Shown piece after piece: positions 36,262 to 45,494 of a DNA stretch of 64,000 bases. The DNA is from an uncultured Micavibrio sp. (GTDB lineage Bacteria; Pseudomonadota; Alphaproteobacteria; Micavibrionales; Micavibrionaceae): assembly GCA_963977125.1 (NCBI GenBank), contig CAXBNJ010000008.1:4020-68019 (forward strand), given 5' to 3'. How positions within the stretch are numbered: the first letter of the stretch is position 1; each line of letters starts with the position of its first letter. The notes beneath the pieces were generated by a model that was not told the DNA's origin, searched no databases, and saw only the letters and a list, made by a program, of their open reading frames with translations. A program made the position numbers and the translations under genes.

Positions 36262-37674
36262 TTATATCTCCTTAATATGAATGCTTTTAGGACGCGTTAA
36301 ATACTCATAGCCCAAAGAAGACAAGGTACAACCACGACCAGAATTTTTAACGCCTGTCCATGCAAGGGCAGGGTCTAGATAATCACAGCGATTTAAAAAT
36401 ACAGTGCCCGCTTCAACATCATCTGTCAGCGCCTCGCCGATATCTATATCCGCCGTCCAAATTGATGCAGTTAGGCCATAATCACTATCATTCATCAAAT
36501 CAATAGCCTCGGCGTCAGTATGCACCTTCATAATTCCAACAACAGGGCCGAAATTTTCTTCGCGCATAAGGCTCATATTATGATCAACATCAACAACCAC
36601 TTGCGGCGCTAAATAGGCTGTGCCTTTTTTGCTTGCTGGAAACTCGGCTTCATCAACCAATGACTTTGCACCGCTCGCAACAGCAGCGGCAATCTCAGCG
36701 CGGACAAATTCAGCAGAAGATGCACGCACCATCGGGCCTAAATTTGTATCCGCCTCAAGCGGATTGCCCAGGTTGTAATTTTTGGTCAATTTCACGAAAC
36801 CTTCGACGAATTGATCATAAAGATCAGCGTGAACATAAATTCTCTCTATGCCACAGCAAGACTGTCCCGAATTAAAAAACGCACCATCAACCAAAGTTTC
36901 AACAGCATTGTCTAAATCAGCATCTGCGCGCACATAAGCGGGATCTTTACCGCCAAGCTCAAGGCCTGCAGGAATAAACTTTTTGCTGATCGCATTTTGT
37001 ACCGCAAAGCCGCCTTTTACCGAGCCCGTAAAATTGACAGAATCAACGCGCTTATCAGCCATTAATATTTCGGTGTCGGCATGGGTTAAATGCAAGGCTT
37101 GGAAAAGCCCTGAAGGCAAACCTGCCGCTGCGAAAGCTTCGGCATAGCGATCGGCCAATAAAGGGGTTTGGTGTGATGGTTTAAGGATAACCGCATTACC
37201 CGCCAATAAAGCAGGGAAAATCCCATTCACAGATGTTAAAAACGGGTAATTCCACGGCGCAATAATCGCCACAACGCCCAGCGCTTCGCGCTTAATATAG
37301 CGCTTAAAGCCTTCTTGCTCAGTCGGTACAACATCCGCCAAAGCTTCAGGCGCAATAGCGATCATATGGCGTGCGCGTTCTTCTAGGCCGCGCAATTCAC
37401 CAGCAGCCTGCGAAAGCGGGCGACCCATTTGTTTAGTGATTTCAAGGGCGATATCATCTGATTTAGACAATAAAGCCTCAAGCGCCTTAGTCAGAAATTC
37501 TTGTCTTTCTTCAAGCGGTAGCTTGCGCCAAGATTTTTGTGCCATTTTGGCGCTGTCTAATGCTTCATTAATATCGCTTGCGTCATGCAGCGAGCGTTCA
37601 ATAAAAATACTGTTATCAATCGGTGAAATCGTCTGTGCGATAATGCGATTATCTTGCTGTAATGCTTGAGCCAT
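36262..37674 (-). CDS. aldehyde dehydrogenase
   Basis: FTGSVKGG, LELGGKDP and catalytic-Cys block NSGQSCCGIER. ATG 37674 has AAGGA 8 nt upstream. The track start 37692 is a TTG. Confidence 0.88.
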   Translation of the reverse strand: MAQALQQDNRIIAQTISPIDNSIFIERSLHDASDINEALDSAKMAQKSWRKLPLEERQEFLTKALEALLSKSDDIALEITKQMGRPLSQAAGELRGLEERARHMIAIAPEALADVVPTEQEGFKRYIKREALGVVAIIAPWNYPFLTSVNGIFPALLAGNAVILKPSHQTPLLADRYAEAFAAAGLPSGLFQALHLTHADTEILMADKRVDSVNFTGSVKGGFAVQNAISKKFIPAGLELGGKDPAYVRADADLDNAVETLVDGAFFNSGQSCCGIERIYVHADLYDQFVEGFVKLTKNYNLGNPLEADTNLGPMVRASSAEFVRAEIAAAVASGAKSLVDEAEFPASKKGTAYLAPQVVVDVDHNMSLMREENFGPVVGIMKVHTDAEAIDLMNDSDYGLTASIWTADIDIGEALTDDVEAGTVFLNRCDYLDPALAWTGVKNSGRGCTLSSLGYEYLTRPKSIHIKEI

Positions 37675-37711
37675 AGAGAAGATCCTTTTCAAGTTAATGA
37701 AGTAAAACGAT

Positions 37712-39172
37712 TTAAATTATTTCAAAGTAGCGCTGCATTTCCCAGTCGGTAATGGCTTTTCTAAATTCGCGTTCTTCCCATTCGCGCGATTGCGCATAAT
37801 GGGTCACAAAATCAGCACCGAACAACGCTTCCGCTGCCTTTGATTTACGCAAACGCCCTGCCGCCTCGAATAAAGTCGCAGGGAAAGTCAGCGCATCAGC
37901 CACCTCTTGTTCATAGGCATTGCCCTTAAGCGGCGCGTTGGGTTCGATTTTATTCTCAATCCCCCAAAGGCCAGAACCAATAGTCGCGGCAAGAGCTATA
38001 TAAGGGTTTATATCTGCCGCGCCGATACGGTATTCAACGCGCTGCGATTTTTCGCCGCCTTGAATGACCCGCAAAGCACAAGTGCGATTCTCAACGCCCC
38101 ATGTTGCGCTTGTGGGCGCCCAAAAACCGGGAATTAAACGGCTATAGCTATTAACGGTACTCGCCACCATAGAAAGCAGCTCTGGCATTAATTGTTGTTG
38201 ACCGCCAACAAACCAACGCATTTCATCAGACATATCATGGGGTTTTGTTTCATCAAAAAATACTGCTTTGCCAGTTTTCTTATCCTGCATTGAAACATGC
38301 ATATGGCCTGATTGCCCCGGATAGTCTTTAGACCATTTTGCCATAAAGGTCGCCATCATGCCTTTACGCTGTGCCATCACTTTGGTGAAGGTTTTAAATA
38401 AGGCGGCTTGGTCAGCGGATTCTAACGCATCATCATAAAGCAGCGCCGCTTCTAACACGGCGGGGCCTGTCTCTGTATGCAGGCCTTCAATCGGCATGCG
38501 CATAGCATCGCACATCTCCATGAACTCATGATAAAAATCTGAATGCACAGAGTTTCTGAGCACGGAATAGCCAAAAAAGCCCGGCGTCATGCTGTTCAGA
38601 TCTTTGTAATTTTTTTCACGGACGCTATGGGGCGTTTCTTCAAAGAGGAAAAATTCAAATTCACATGAGGATTTAACCGCAAAGCCCATATCATCGGCCT
38701 TAGCCAATACGCGGCGTAATAGCCCGCGCGGACAGATATTTTCAGCTTTATCCGTAAATTCCGCCAAGACCATCGCGCAATTAGGTTCATAAGGTAGTAC
38801 CCGCGCTGTATCAGGTAGCAAACGAACATTAGCGTCAGGATATGCTGTATGCCAGCCCGTAAATTCAGATTTATCGTAAAGCTGATCGTTTGAATCCCAA
38901 CCTAAAACCACATCGCAAAAACCAAACCCGCCTTTTAATGCGGAGATAAACTTACCACGCTTCATGTATTTGCCGCGCAAAATACCATCTATATCAAACA
39001 CGCCGACTTTAATATATTCAATGCCAGCCACTTCGAGCTTTTTATCAACTTCGGCAGGTTCACCTTGAAACAGAGATTGAATATCTTCGCTCTCTTGTTT
39101 GCTGACCTTCATGGCTGGATTGCGTGAAATCGTTTCCGCATAAGATACCGTCTCGGCTCTTTTAGAATGCAT
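37712..39172 (-). CDS. glutamine-synthetase-family gamma-glutamyl-amine ligase (PuuA/GlnA-like)
   Basis: GS catalytic-domain blocks (KPGQSGHMHVS-like DYPGQSGHMHVS, NRTCALRV, VEYRIGAADINPY). ATG 39172. It is the first gene of a 4-gene operon with 2-19 bp gaps. Confidence 0.8.
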   Translation of the reverse strand: MHSKRAETVSYAETISRNPAMKVSKQESEDIQSLFQGEPAEVDKKLEVAGIEYIKVGVFDIDGILRGKYMKRGKFISALKGGFGFCDVVLGWDSNDQLYDKSEFTGWHTAYPDANVRLLPDTARVLPYEPNCAMVLAEFTDKAENICPRGLLRRVLAKADDMGFAVKSSCEFEFFLFEETPHSVREKNYKDLNSMTPGFFGYSVLRNSVHSDFYHEFMEMCDAMRMPIEGLHTETGPAVLEAALLYDDALESADQAALFKTFTKVMAQRKGMMATFMAKWSKDYPGQSGHMHVSMQDKKTGKAVFFDETKPHDMSDEMRWFVGGQQQLMPELLSMVASTVNSYSRLIPGFWAPTSATWGVENRTCALRVIQGGEKSQRVEYRIGAADINPYIALAATIGSGLWGIENKIEPNAPLKGNAYEQEVADALTFPATLFEAAGRLRKSKAAEALFGADFVTHYAQSREWEEREFRKAITDWEMQRYFEII

Positions 39173-39292
39173 GGTCAATATCCCTGTTTATCTTTATTAT
39201 TTTTATCAGCCCAGTGTATTGAATATTTAGGCGCATGCAAGCGCAAACTGCATGCTACAGCCCGTGGCTTAACAGGAAAAATAAAAAATAAG

Positions 39293-39640
39293 TTAGAATA
39301 TTTCAGCGTAGAGTTCTTCGCTAAAGCCAAGATAGATTTCACCTTGATAAGCCAGTAAAGGCCGTTTGATCAAAGATGGATTATCCAAAGCCGCATCAAT
39401 TGCCCCTGCTGCGTCCATTGTCGCCTTCACGTCATCTGGTAATTTACGCCATGTTGTACCGCGGCGGTTAATCACTGTTTCCCAGCCATGCTGCGTGATT
39501 GCGTCTTGCAAAACCGCTTCATCCGCGCCAAGTTTTTTATAGTCATGGAAGCGCGCGTCTATGTTTTGTTCTTCTAGCCATTTCAACGCTTTTTGCATCG
39601 TATTACAGGCTTTGATACCGTAAATTATTGTCTCGCTCAT
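39293..39640 (-). CDS. ArsC/Spx-family protein, YffB-like
   Basis: 115 aa with N-terminal IYGIKACNTMQKALKWL and RRGTTWRKL. Its ATG directly abuts the stop of the upstream JmjC gene. Confidence 0.7.
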   Translation of the reverse strand: MSETIIYGIKACNTMQKALKWLEEQNIDARFHDYKKLGADEAVLQDAITQHGWETVINRRGTTWRKLPDDVKATMDAAGAIDAALDNPSLIKRPLLAYQGEIYLGFSEELYAEIF

Positions 39641-40834
39641 TTAAACCTCCTCAAAATCCAACATATTCATCATGTAGAGCTGCATTATAAAATCTTGTAG
39701 CAGCGCAAGCCCCCCCAATGCTTCAATATCATCCATCATAACGCCGTCATGGCTATTTAAATAGGTGATTAGCGGCTTATAAGCGGCCTGTACAGCGATT
39801 TCATGACCATAAACCGCCATGTGTAGCTTGCCATCATCAGACTCACTCACCGCCCATTTAACATACTCAGCGCGGGTGAGCTTCTCGCCCTCTTGTAGAT
39901 ATGCGATGAGCTCAACTTCAGTTAAACCATCTTCACGCAGTTCTATATTTTCGACATCATTATGGCTTGGCGTTGAAAAATACAAGGCGAGCCATTGCGA
40001 AAAATTCTCTCCACCAATCGCACCGAGCATATGATTTTTGATCTGCGCGCTGGCGCTTGTGTTATCCATGACAAAGGCGGCACTATCGGCGGTTAAGCCT
40101 TGCCCGACATAGCGTATGTTTTGTTCGTCATCTTGCAGTTCAAGATACTGGCCATATTCAACCAGTAATTCTGAAAGTTTAGGGCCAAGAAAGCCAACGG
40201 AAAAAGTCATCGCTTCTTCGAGCGTTACGCCCTCATGCGCGAAGCGCGGCGGTATATAAATAATATCACCAATCGTCACGTCAAAAGCTTCGCCCTGAAA
40301 ACCATTTTTAAGGATTTGATGACCGCCTTGATTGACCAATTCATCATCACGTACAGGGGCCGCGCCAATTTTCCAGCGGCGCTTGCCTTGCCCTTGCACT
40401 AAAAACACATGGTAGCTATCCATATGCGGCCCGACGCTGCCTTTCGGCGCGGAATAGCTGATCATAATATCATCAATCAACCAGCGTGGCGCGAAATTGA
40501 AATGCTGTAATAATGCGGCCGTTTCAATATGATATTGTTCGACATTTTGCACCAGAAGGCTCCAATGCGAGCGCCCCAATGCGGCAAAATCTTTTTCAAC
40601 GAAGGGGCCATGTTCATAGCGCCAAGGCGCAGCTTGATTATTGGGTGAATTATCAGGATTGGTGATCACAAGGCGAGACTTTACATCGTCTTCCATTGAT
40701 AAAGCCGCGAGGCTATCGCCATCAATTAAGTCATTAAACACATCCGCATCAATCGCGCCGCGCACCACAAAAGGCTGCTTACCCCAATAATTTTGATAAA
40801 AATCATCTATTGTCGGCATTTTTGATAAAAGCAT
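39641..40834 (-). CDS. JmjC/cupin-4 ribosomal-protein oxygenase-like (RoxA/YcfD-like)
   Basis: N-terminal FYQNYWGKQPFVVRGA, HxD in GPHMDSYHVFLVQGQGKRRW, and a distal His in PPRFAHEG. 397 aa. Confidence 0.7.
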   Translation of the reverse strand: MLLSKMPTIDDFYQNYWGKQPFVVRGAIDADVFNDLIDGDSLAALSMEDDVKSRLVITNPDNSPNNQAAPWRYEHGPFVEKDFAALGRSHWSLLVQNVEQYHIETAALLQHFNFAPRWLIDDIMISYSAPKGSVGPHMDSYHVFLVQGQGKRRWKIGAAPVRDDELVNQGGHQILKNGFQGEAFDVTIGDIIYIPPRFAHEGVTLEEAMTFSVGFLGPKLSELLVEYGQYLELQDDEQNIRYVGQGLTADSAAFVMDNTSASAQIKNHMLGAIGGENFSQWLALYFSTPSHNDVENIELREDGLTEVELIAYLQEGEKLTRAEYVKWAVSESDDGKLHMAVYGHEIAVQAAYKPLITYLNSHDGVMMDDIEALGGLALLQDFIMQLYMMNMLDFEEV

Positions 40835-40987
40835 TTATGATCCTCAATGGTGTCGCTCAATGGCGTCGTTAGTGCAGTAGTACTTTTTTACGGCATATTA
40901 CCCCTAGGCACAAGACGCAAAGCCGATTACACTCTTTTTAAACCACGCGCCCACGGCGCGGCGCAGCCGATTAAGAGAGTTACTATC

Positions 40988-41437
40988 ATGAAAATTTGGG
41001 TCGATGGGGATGCTTGCCCCAAACCAATCAAAGAAATCTTATTCCGCCTTGCTGATCGCGTCCAGATCACTGTGGTTTTTGTGGCCAATCAATGGCTACA
41101 TTTACCGCAATCAAACTTCATTGAAATGATCCAAGTCGAAAACGGCCCCGATATTGCCGATGATAAAATTGCTGAGTTCTGCGTCGAGATAGACTTGGTC
41201 ATTACCGCCGATATCCCCTTGGCCGCGCGCATAGTCAAAAAAGGCGCAATCGCCTTAGACCCACGCGGCACGCTATACGACAAAAGTAACATTGGACAAA
41301 AGCTCTCTATGCGCGATTTTATGGATGAGCTGCGCGGCTCTGGCGTTGAAACGGGCGGGCCAAGCAGCTTTGGCCATAAAGAACGCCAGAATTTTGCCAA
41401 TGCGTTGGATAAAATAATCGCTCAGCGTAAGCTATAA
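40988..41437 (+). CDS. YaiI/YqxD-family protein (UPF0178)
   Basis: MKIWVDGDACPKPIKE is the canonical N-terminus of this family. ATG 40988. The track start 40847 adds 47 non-homologous residues. Confidence 0.75.
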   Translation: MKIWVDGDACPKPIKEILFRLADRVQITVVFVANQWLHLPQSNFIEMIQVENGPDIADDKIAEFCVEIDLVITADIPLAARIVKKGAIALDPRGTLYDKSNIGQKLSMRDFMDELRGSGVETGGPSSFGHKERQNFANALDKIIAQRKL

Positions 41438-41471
41438 AGCACATAACATAAGGTGCGGGGCTTGCTCCGCC

Positions 41472-44198
41472 TTATTTCAGCGGCGCAATTAACCTAAAGA
41501 CCGTGCCTTTTTCTTGCGCTTCACAAACCAATGTTGCCCCTAACATATCCGCGCTTTTCTTCATCATATAAAGGCCCAGACCTGATCCAAAAGACACTTT
41601 GGGATGGAAGCGTTTAAACATAGAAAACAGATTCTTGCGATGTGCTTCGCCTATACCAAGGCCGTTATCTTCAACTTCAAAAACAAATACAGCATCATCA
41701 TTCCATGAACGAATGGCTAAATAAGGCTCGGCTTCATCGGGGTCTTGATATTTAATGGCATTCGAAATCAAGTTTTCAATGATTAGAACAAGTCTGTTTT
41801 TCTGCATTATAATATCTTCTGTCAGCTGAATATCTATATGCAGCTTGATCCGCTCATAACCCTCCATATGATCCATCTTAGAAATTGCTTCTTGGACAAG
41901 ATCCGCAACGTCAAGGCGCTGTATATCTTCGGCGACATTCTTGGTTTCTGTCAGTGATAAGATGTCCTGTACGAGTGTTTCAAGCTTCACAAGCGAATCC
42001 TTCACATGCGTTAAACACTTGCCTAGCTGGGGTTTATTATCGCTCTCAAGGGCTTTTTCTGCCATAGACAGAAGCGCAATGGACGACACGAGGGGGGAGC
42101 GTAAATCATGTGAGGTTCTATATGCAAATTCTTCCAATTCAGCATTCGATTCAGACAGTTTATCAATAAGCATTTCTTTTTCAGTCACATCGCGTGAAAT
42201 CCCCAATATGAAACGTTCGCCATCGGTTTGTTCAAAGCGAATTTTTTGCGTATATAATGTGCGTGTGAAGCCATCAGGAAACGTAATTGTCTCAACGGTT
42301 TCAGAATAACCCTCTTCAAAAGCTTTACGATCCATAGCAAAGAACTCTTCAGCTTCTTCATCTGAAAAGCCTTCTGACGTATATTTCCCAATTACAGAAT
42401 CCCGTTCATCTTTAGGGTACGCGTCTAAAAATGCTTTATTCGCCTCAATTAACTTTAATTTTTCATCTTTAACAAAAATAAAATCTGGGTTACTCGACAT
42501 AATCAGTTCCAAAAAAGTTTTGGAATCAGTTATTTCTTGTGTTTTCTCCTCCACTAAACGCTTGATAACATCTGTTCTGGCCGTCACGACCAACATAAAC
42601 AAGCTCGTAAACCCTGTGAAAAACAAACCACCAATCATGACAAACCAAAGAAGCCAGTTCTGCGTTGCCCCTTGATCTATATGCGGAATAAAATTCAACC
42701 GCCAAGATCGGCCCGCCACTTCAAAATCATGGAAAATTTGATTTTCTTGCTCTAGAATAGGAGCGCTCGCGGTCATTTCTTTATTGTCGGCCGTACGTGA
42801 ATCATAGAGCAGCACAGGGTGAGCGAAGCGCTCCCCTTCGACCTCCCCCCTATCAGATAGGATCAAATCAATACCGAGTTTTTTCGCTGCGTCATAAGTG
42901 CTCTCCATAAGAACAGGAAATGAAAAGACGCCATTACAATAGCCAATTAAAGCCGCGCGACGCTCATCAATACTTAAGTTTTCTATATCGGTATTATAAA
43001 CTGGATAATAAATAACAAAGCCATAAGAATCTTCGTCTTGAACAATCGATAGACGCTCAGTGGCTAGGGCTTTACCGCTATCACGCGCGGCATCTAAAAC
43101 GGGGTAACGCATCCGACCGGCCACAGGATCTGCGCTATAGACATCAAAGCCTTGCGCTTTATAACCGCGTTCATAGGGCTCGGTATAAGCAATTGGAAAA
43201 TAAACATCCTGCTTATCCATTTTTTGTAAAATACCAAAACTGGTACGCTGTTTAATTTCAAAATCAGAATAGCCTTGTTCTCTCATGCTCTGTACAAAAA
43301 ACTCACGATCTTTATCTTCCACTTTGGGAATCCATGACAGGCCATAAACGCCTTTATTTTTGGCGAAAAAATGCTTTGTAAAGAGCTGAAATTCTTCACC
43401 AGAGACATAGTCAGATGAAGAAATAAAGCGCTCATTCGCGGAAAGCGTTTCTTGCGATACTGTCAATTCCCTTTGTAGGTTTAAGAAAAGTTCAAAGGCC
43501 TGACTCTTAAAGTGACGAAGCTTTTGATTTTCGTCGTATAATTTAACCGTGTAAAAAGAGTAAATAACCGTACTAAATATGGTCAGAAGAACAAAAAAGA
43601 CGATAGATTTGCGCGCAGCGCTAATATAATAAAAAGTTGTTTTTGGCGCAAAAATGAGCAAGAGGACTGGTGTAAAAACAATGATGCCCAATGCATCGCC
43701 CAGCCACCAAACTAGGAAATGGGAGAACAAGGCTTCTTGCCCAACAAACCCTACCAAGAACAGCGTAAGCGTGCCCATTGCCGCGCCAATAAGACAAGAT
43801 AGCGTACCAAGGGAAATGATCTTAACGGAATCTTGAACCGATTCTAAAGCCGTTGGCAAAGTCATAAATTTTCGAATAATAGCCAATCCACAAAGCGCCT
43901 GCAGCGTTGCGCCAACTGCAATGGGCAGCGCAATCATTATCGCGCGGAGGTCGACAACCTCGTGATGATATAAAGACGTGCCCATCGCCCCAATAAGCAC
44001 GGCCGGCCAATAACGCCAACCGAGCAACAAAAGAGCCGCAAGCGCGATCCCTGCAGATGGCCAAATCGCCGCGGCCTGCCCTGGGGGAATAACCAGCAAT
44101 AAACTCAAACGTCCCGCCACATAATAACAAACGGCCAAAATCGCCACTTTTAACACATAGAGTAAAGAGCTTATATATACAGAGCGCGACATCATCAT
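41472..44198 (-). CDS. sensor histidine kinase, MASE1-CHASE-PAS-HisKA-HATPase architecture
   Basis: Eight N-terminal TM helices (MASE1-like), an extracytoplasmic ~230-aa CHASE-like segment, a further TM helix, PAS, the H-box FAYRTSHDLRSPL, and N/G boxes. No receiver domain. Confidence 0.8.
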   Translation of the reverse strand: MMMSRSVYISSLLYVLKVAILAVCYYVAGRLSLLLVIPPGQAAAIWPSAGIALAALLLLGWRYWPAVLIGAMGTSLYHHEVVDLRAIMIALPIAVGATLQALCGLAIIRKFMTLPTALESVQDSVKIISLGTLSCLIGAAMGTLTLFLVGFVGQEALFSHFLVWWLGDALGIIVFTPVLLLIFAPKTTFYYISAARKSIVFFVLLTIFSTVIYSFYTVKLYDENQKLRHFKSQAFELFLNLQRELTVSQETLSANERFISSSDYVSGEEFQLFTKHFFAKNKGVYGLSWIPKVEDKDREFFVQSMREQGYSDFEIKQRTSFGILQKMDKQDVYFPIAYTEPYERGYKAQGFDVYSADPVAGRMRYPVLDAARDSGKALATERLSIVQDEDSYGFVIYYPVYNTDIENLSIDERRAALIGYCNGVFSFPVLMESTYDAAKKLGIDLILSDRGEVEGERFAHPVLLYDSRTADNKEMTASAPILEQENQIFHDFEVAGRSWRLNFIPHIDQGATQNWLLWFVMIGGLFFTGFTSLFMLVVTARTDVIKRLVEEKTQEITDSKTFLELIMSSNPDFIFVKDEKLKLIEANKAFLDAYPKDERDSVIGKYTSEGFSDEEAEEFFAMDRKAFEEGYSETVETITFPDGFTRTLYTQKIRFEQTDGERFILGISRDVTEKEMLIDKLSESNAELEEFAYRTSHDLRSPLVSSIALLSMAEKALESDNKPQLGKCLTHVKDSLVKLETLVQDILSLTETKNVAEDIQRLDVADLVQEAISKMDHMEGYERIKLHIDIQLTEDIIMQKNRLVLIIENLISNAIKYQDPDEAEPYLAIRSWNDDAVFVFEVEDNGLGIGEAHRKNLFSMFKRFHPKVSFGSGLGLYMMKKSADMLGATLVCEAQEKGTVFRLIAPLK

Positions 44199-44389
44199 TT
44201 ATTACTTTACAGAGAAATACAAAAGAACAGGTCATTATTATAGCACAGCCAGAGGCGCTTTTAAACGAACTAAATATCCATGAGTACGATGCCTTCAATG
44301 GGCTTGATCAAGATCAAGGCTGCTGCCCCTCATAAATACTAACATGTGAAGAGATATAAAGCCTTAAATACGTTTATGGGGGTCTAATC

Positions 44390-45379
44390 ATGCCTATTCA
44401 AAAACAAAATATAATACCAGAAACACAGCCAGAACTGATACAAACACAAATGCTCAATAACCTTCTTGTGCAACTGCGCCAGCTGCTTGAGAAAAACGAA
44501 TCCGCCTTAGACGATGCGGGCGTACGCGAAGAAATAGATATTGTTTTAGACTGGGCTAAGCGCGCTGAAAAAGGCGACTTTGATGCCGAAGACATGTTAG
44601 AGCATGAAGGCTTTGCGCGGCTTAAATCAATTCAAAGTCGCCTGCAGCTAACAGCGCAAGAATATATGACTTTGGAAGATGAAAGCCCTGCTGAAAACCC
44701 ACATGCCAGTGCTGACCCGCAGGATATGTTCAATGCGCGCAATGATCTTGTAAACACCATCACAACCATTTTAAAATTAAAGACCCAAGATAATTGGCAA
44801 GATGCCACAGCTGATAATATTGCCTTACATGTAGATATTGTGCATGAAGCGGTTGGCGTTTTTGACAATGAGGAAAGCTTACAAGCCGCAATAGATGAAT
44901 TAGAAGAACGCGGCTTTATGCGCCAAGAATTAAGCATATTGGCCGATGATAAAACGGTAGAAGACAAGCTTGATCATGTGTATAAACGCGTCACTCATGC
45001 TCAAGATGATCCCGCTGCGCCGCGCACTATATTTATCCCTGATGAAACACGCGGCGATGCGCAAGGCGCCCTTATTGCGACGCCACTTTATATTGCGGCG
45101 ACCACAGCAAGCGCTGTAATTGTCGCTTCGGGCGGCACAATACTCAGTGCATTACTTGCCGCGAGCGCAGCGGGCGCTGTAGGCACGGCAATCGGCGCAG
45201 TCTTAGCGAATTTTGTGGCAAAACATCACGCTGATTATATTCTCTCACAGATAGAACGAGGCGGCCTGTTACTTTGGGTCAATTTACGCAGTCCAGAGCA
45301 AGCTGATTTAGCCATAGATATTCTCAATAAACATAGCGCCCATAATGTTCACACCCATAACATCCCTCTATATGGCTAG
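44390..45379 (+). CDS. hypothetical protein with Ala/Gly-rich membrane segment
   Basis: 329-aa ORF. Acidic helical N-terminal half, a segment VGVFDNEESLQAAIDELEERGF resembling YflT-type stress-protein domains, and a hydrophobic stretch at residues 245-285. Confidence 0.5.
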   Translation: MPIQKQNIIPETQPELIQTQMLNNLLVQLRQLLEKNESALDDAGVREEIDIVLDWAKRAEKGDFDAEDMLEHEGFARLKSIQSRLQLTAQEYMTLEDESPAENPHASADPQDMFNARNDLVNTITTILKLKTQDNWQDATADNIALHVDIVHEAVGVFDNEESLQAAIDELEERGFMRQELSILADDKTVEDKLDHVYKRVTHAQDDPAAPRTIFIPDETRGDAQGALIATPLYIAATTASAVIVASGGTILSALLAASAAGAVGTAIGAVLANFVAKHHADYILSQIERGGLLLWVNLRSPEQADLAIDILNKHSAHNVHTHNIPLYG

Positions 45380-45410
45380 GGGCTTAGTTTAGATCACCAG
45401 ACAAGCATGA

Positions 45411-45453
45411 AAACAAACAAAAAGGGACGCATTCACATGCGCCCCTTTTTTTT
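45411..45453. terminator. bidirectional rho-independent terminator
   Basis: GGGACGCAT / ATGCGCCCC stem (one mismatch) with an A-rich 5' flank and T8 downstream. Confidence 0.75.
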
Positions 45454-45494
45454 AATAATAATAAACCTCATCGTAAAACATAAAACCTAAAGCT

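Noticed and set aside
40847-40987. 47-codon N-terminal extension of the YaiI-family ORF.
   Set aside because: The family N-terminus MKIWVDGDACP begins at ATG 40988. The extension overlaps the divergent promoter region and has no homology-like features.
41503-41516. Another CTTTTTCTTGCG copy resembling the shared UP/-35 module.
   Set aside because: It lies inside the histidine kinase coding region on the non-coding strand, with no downstream plus-strand gene for ~2.9 kb, so it is probably coincidental.
43822-44298. 158-aa minus-strand ORF overlapping the histidine kinase 5' end.
   Set aside because: It is an out-of-frame overlap with the MASE1-like membrane domain and has a Cys/Arg/Gly-rich, noise-like composition.
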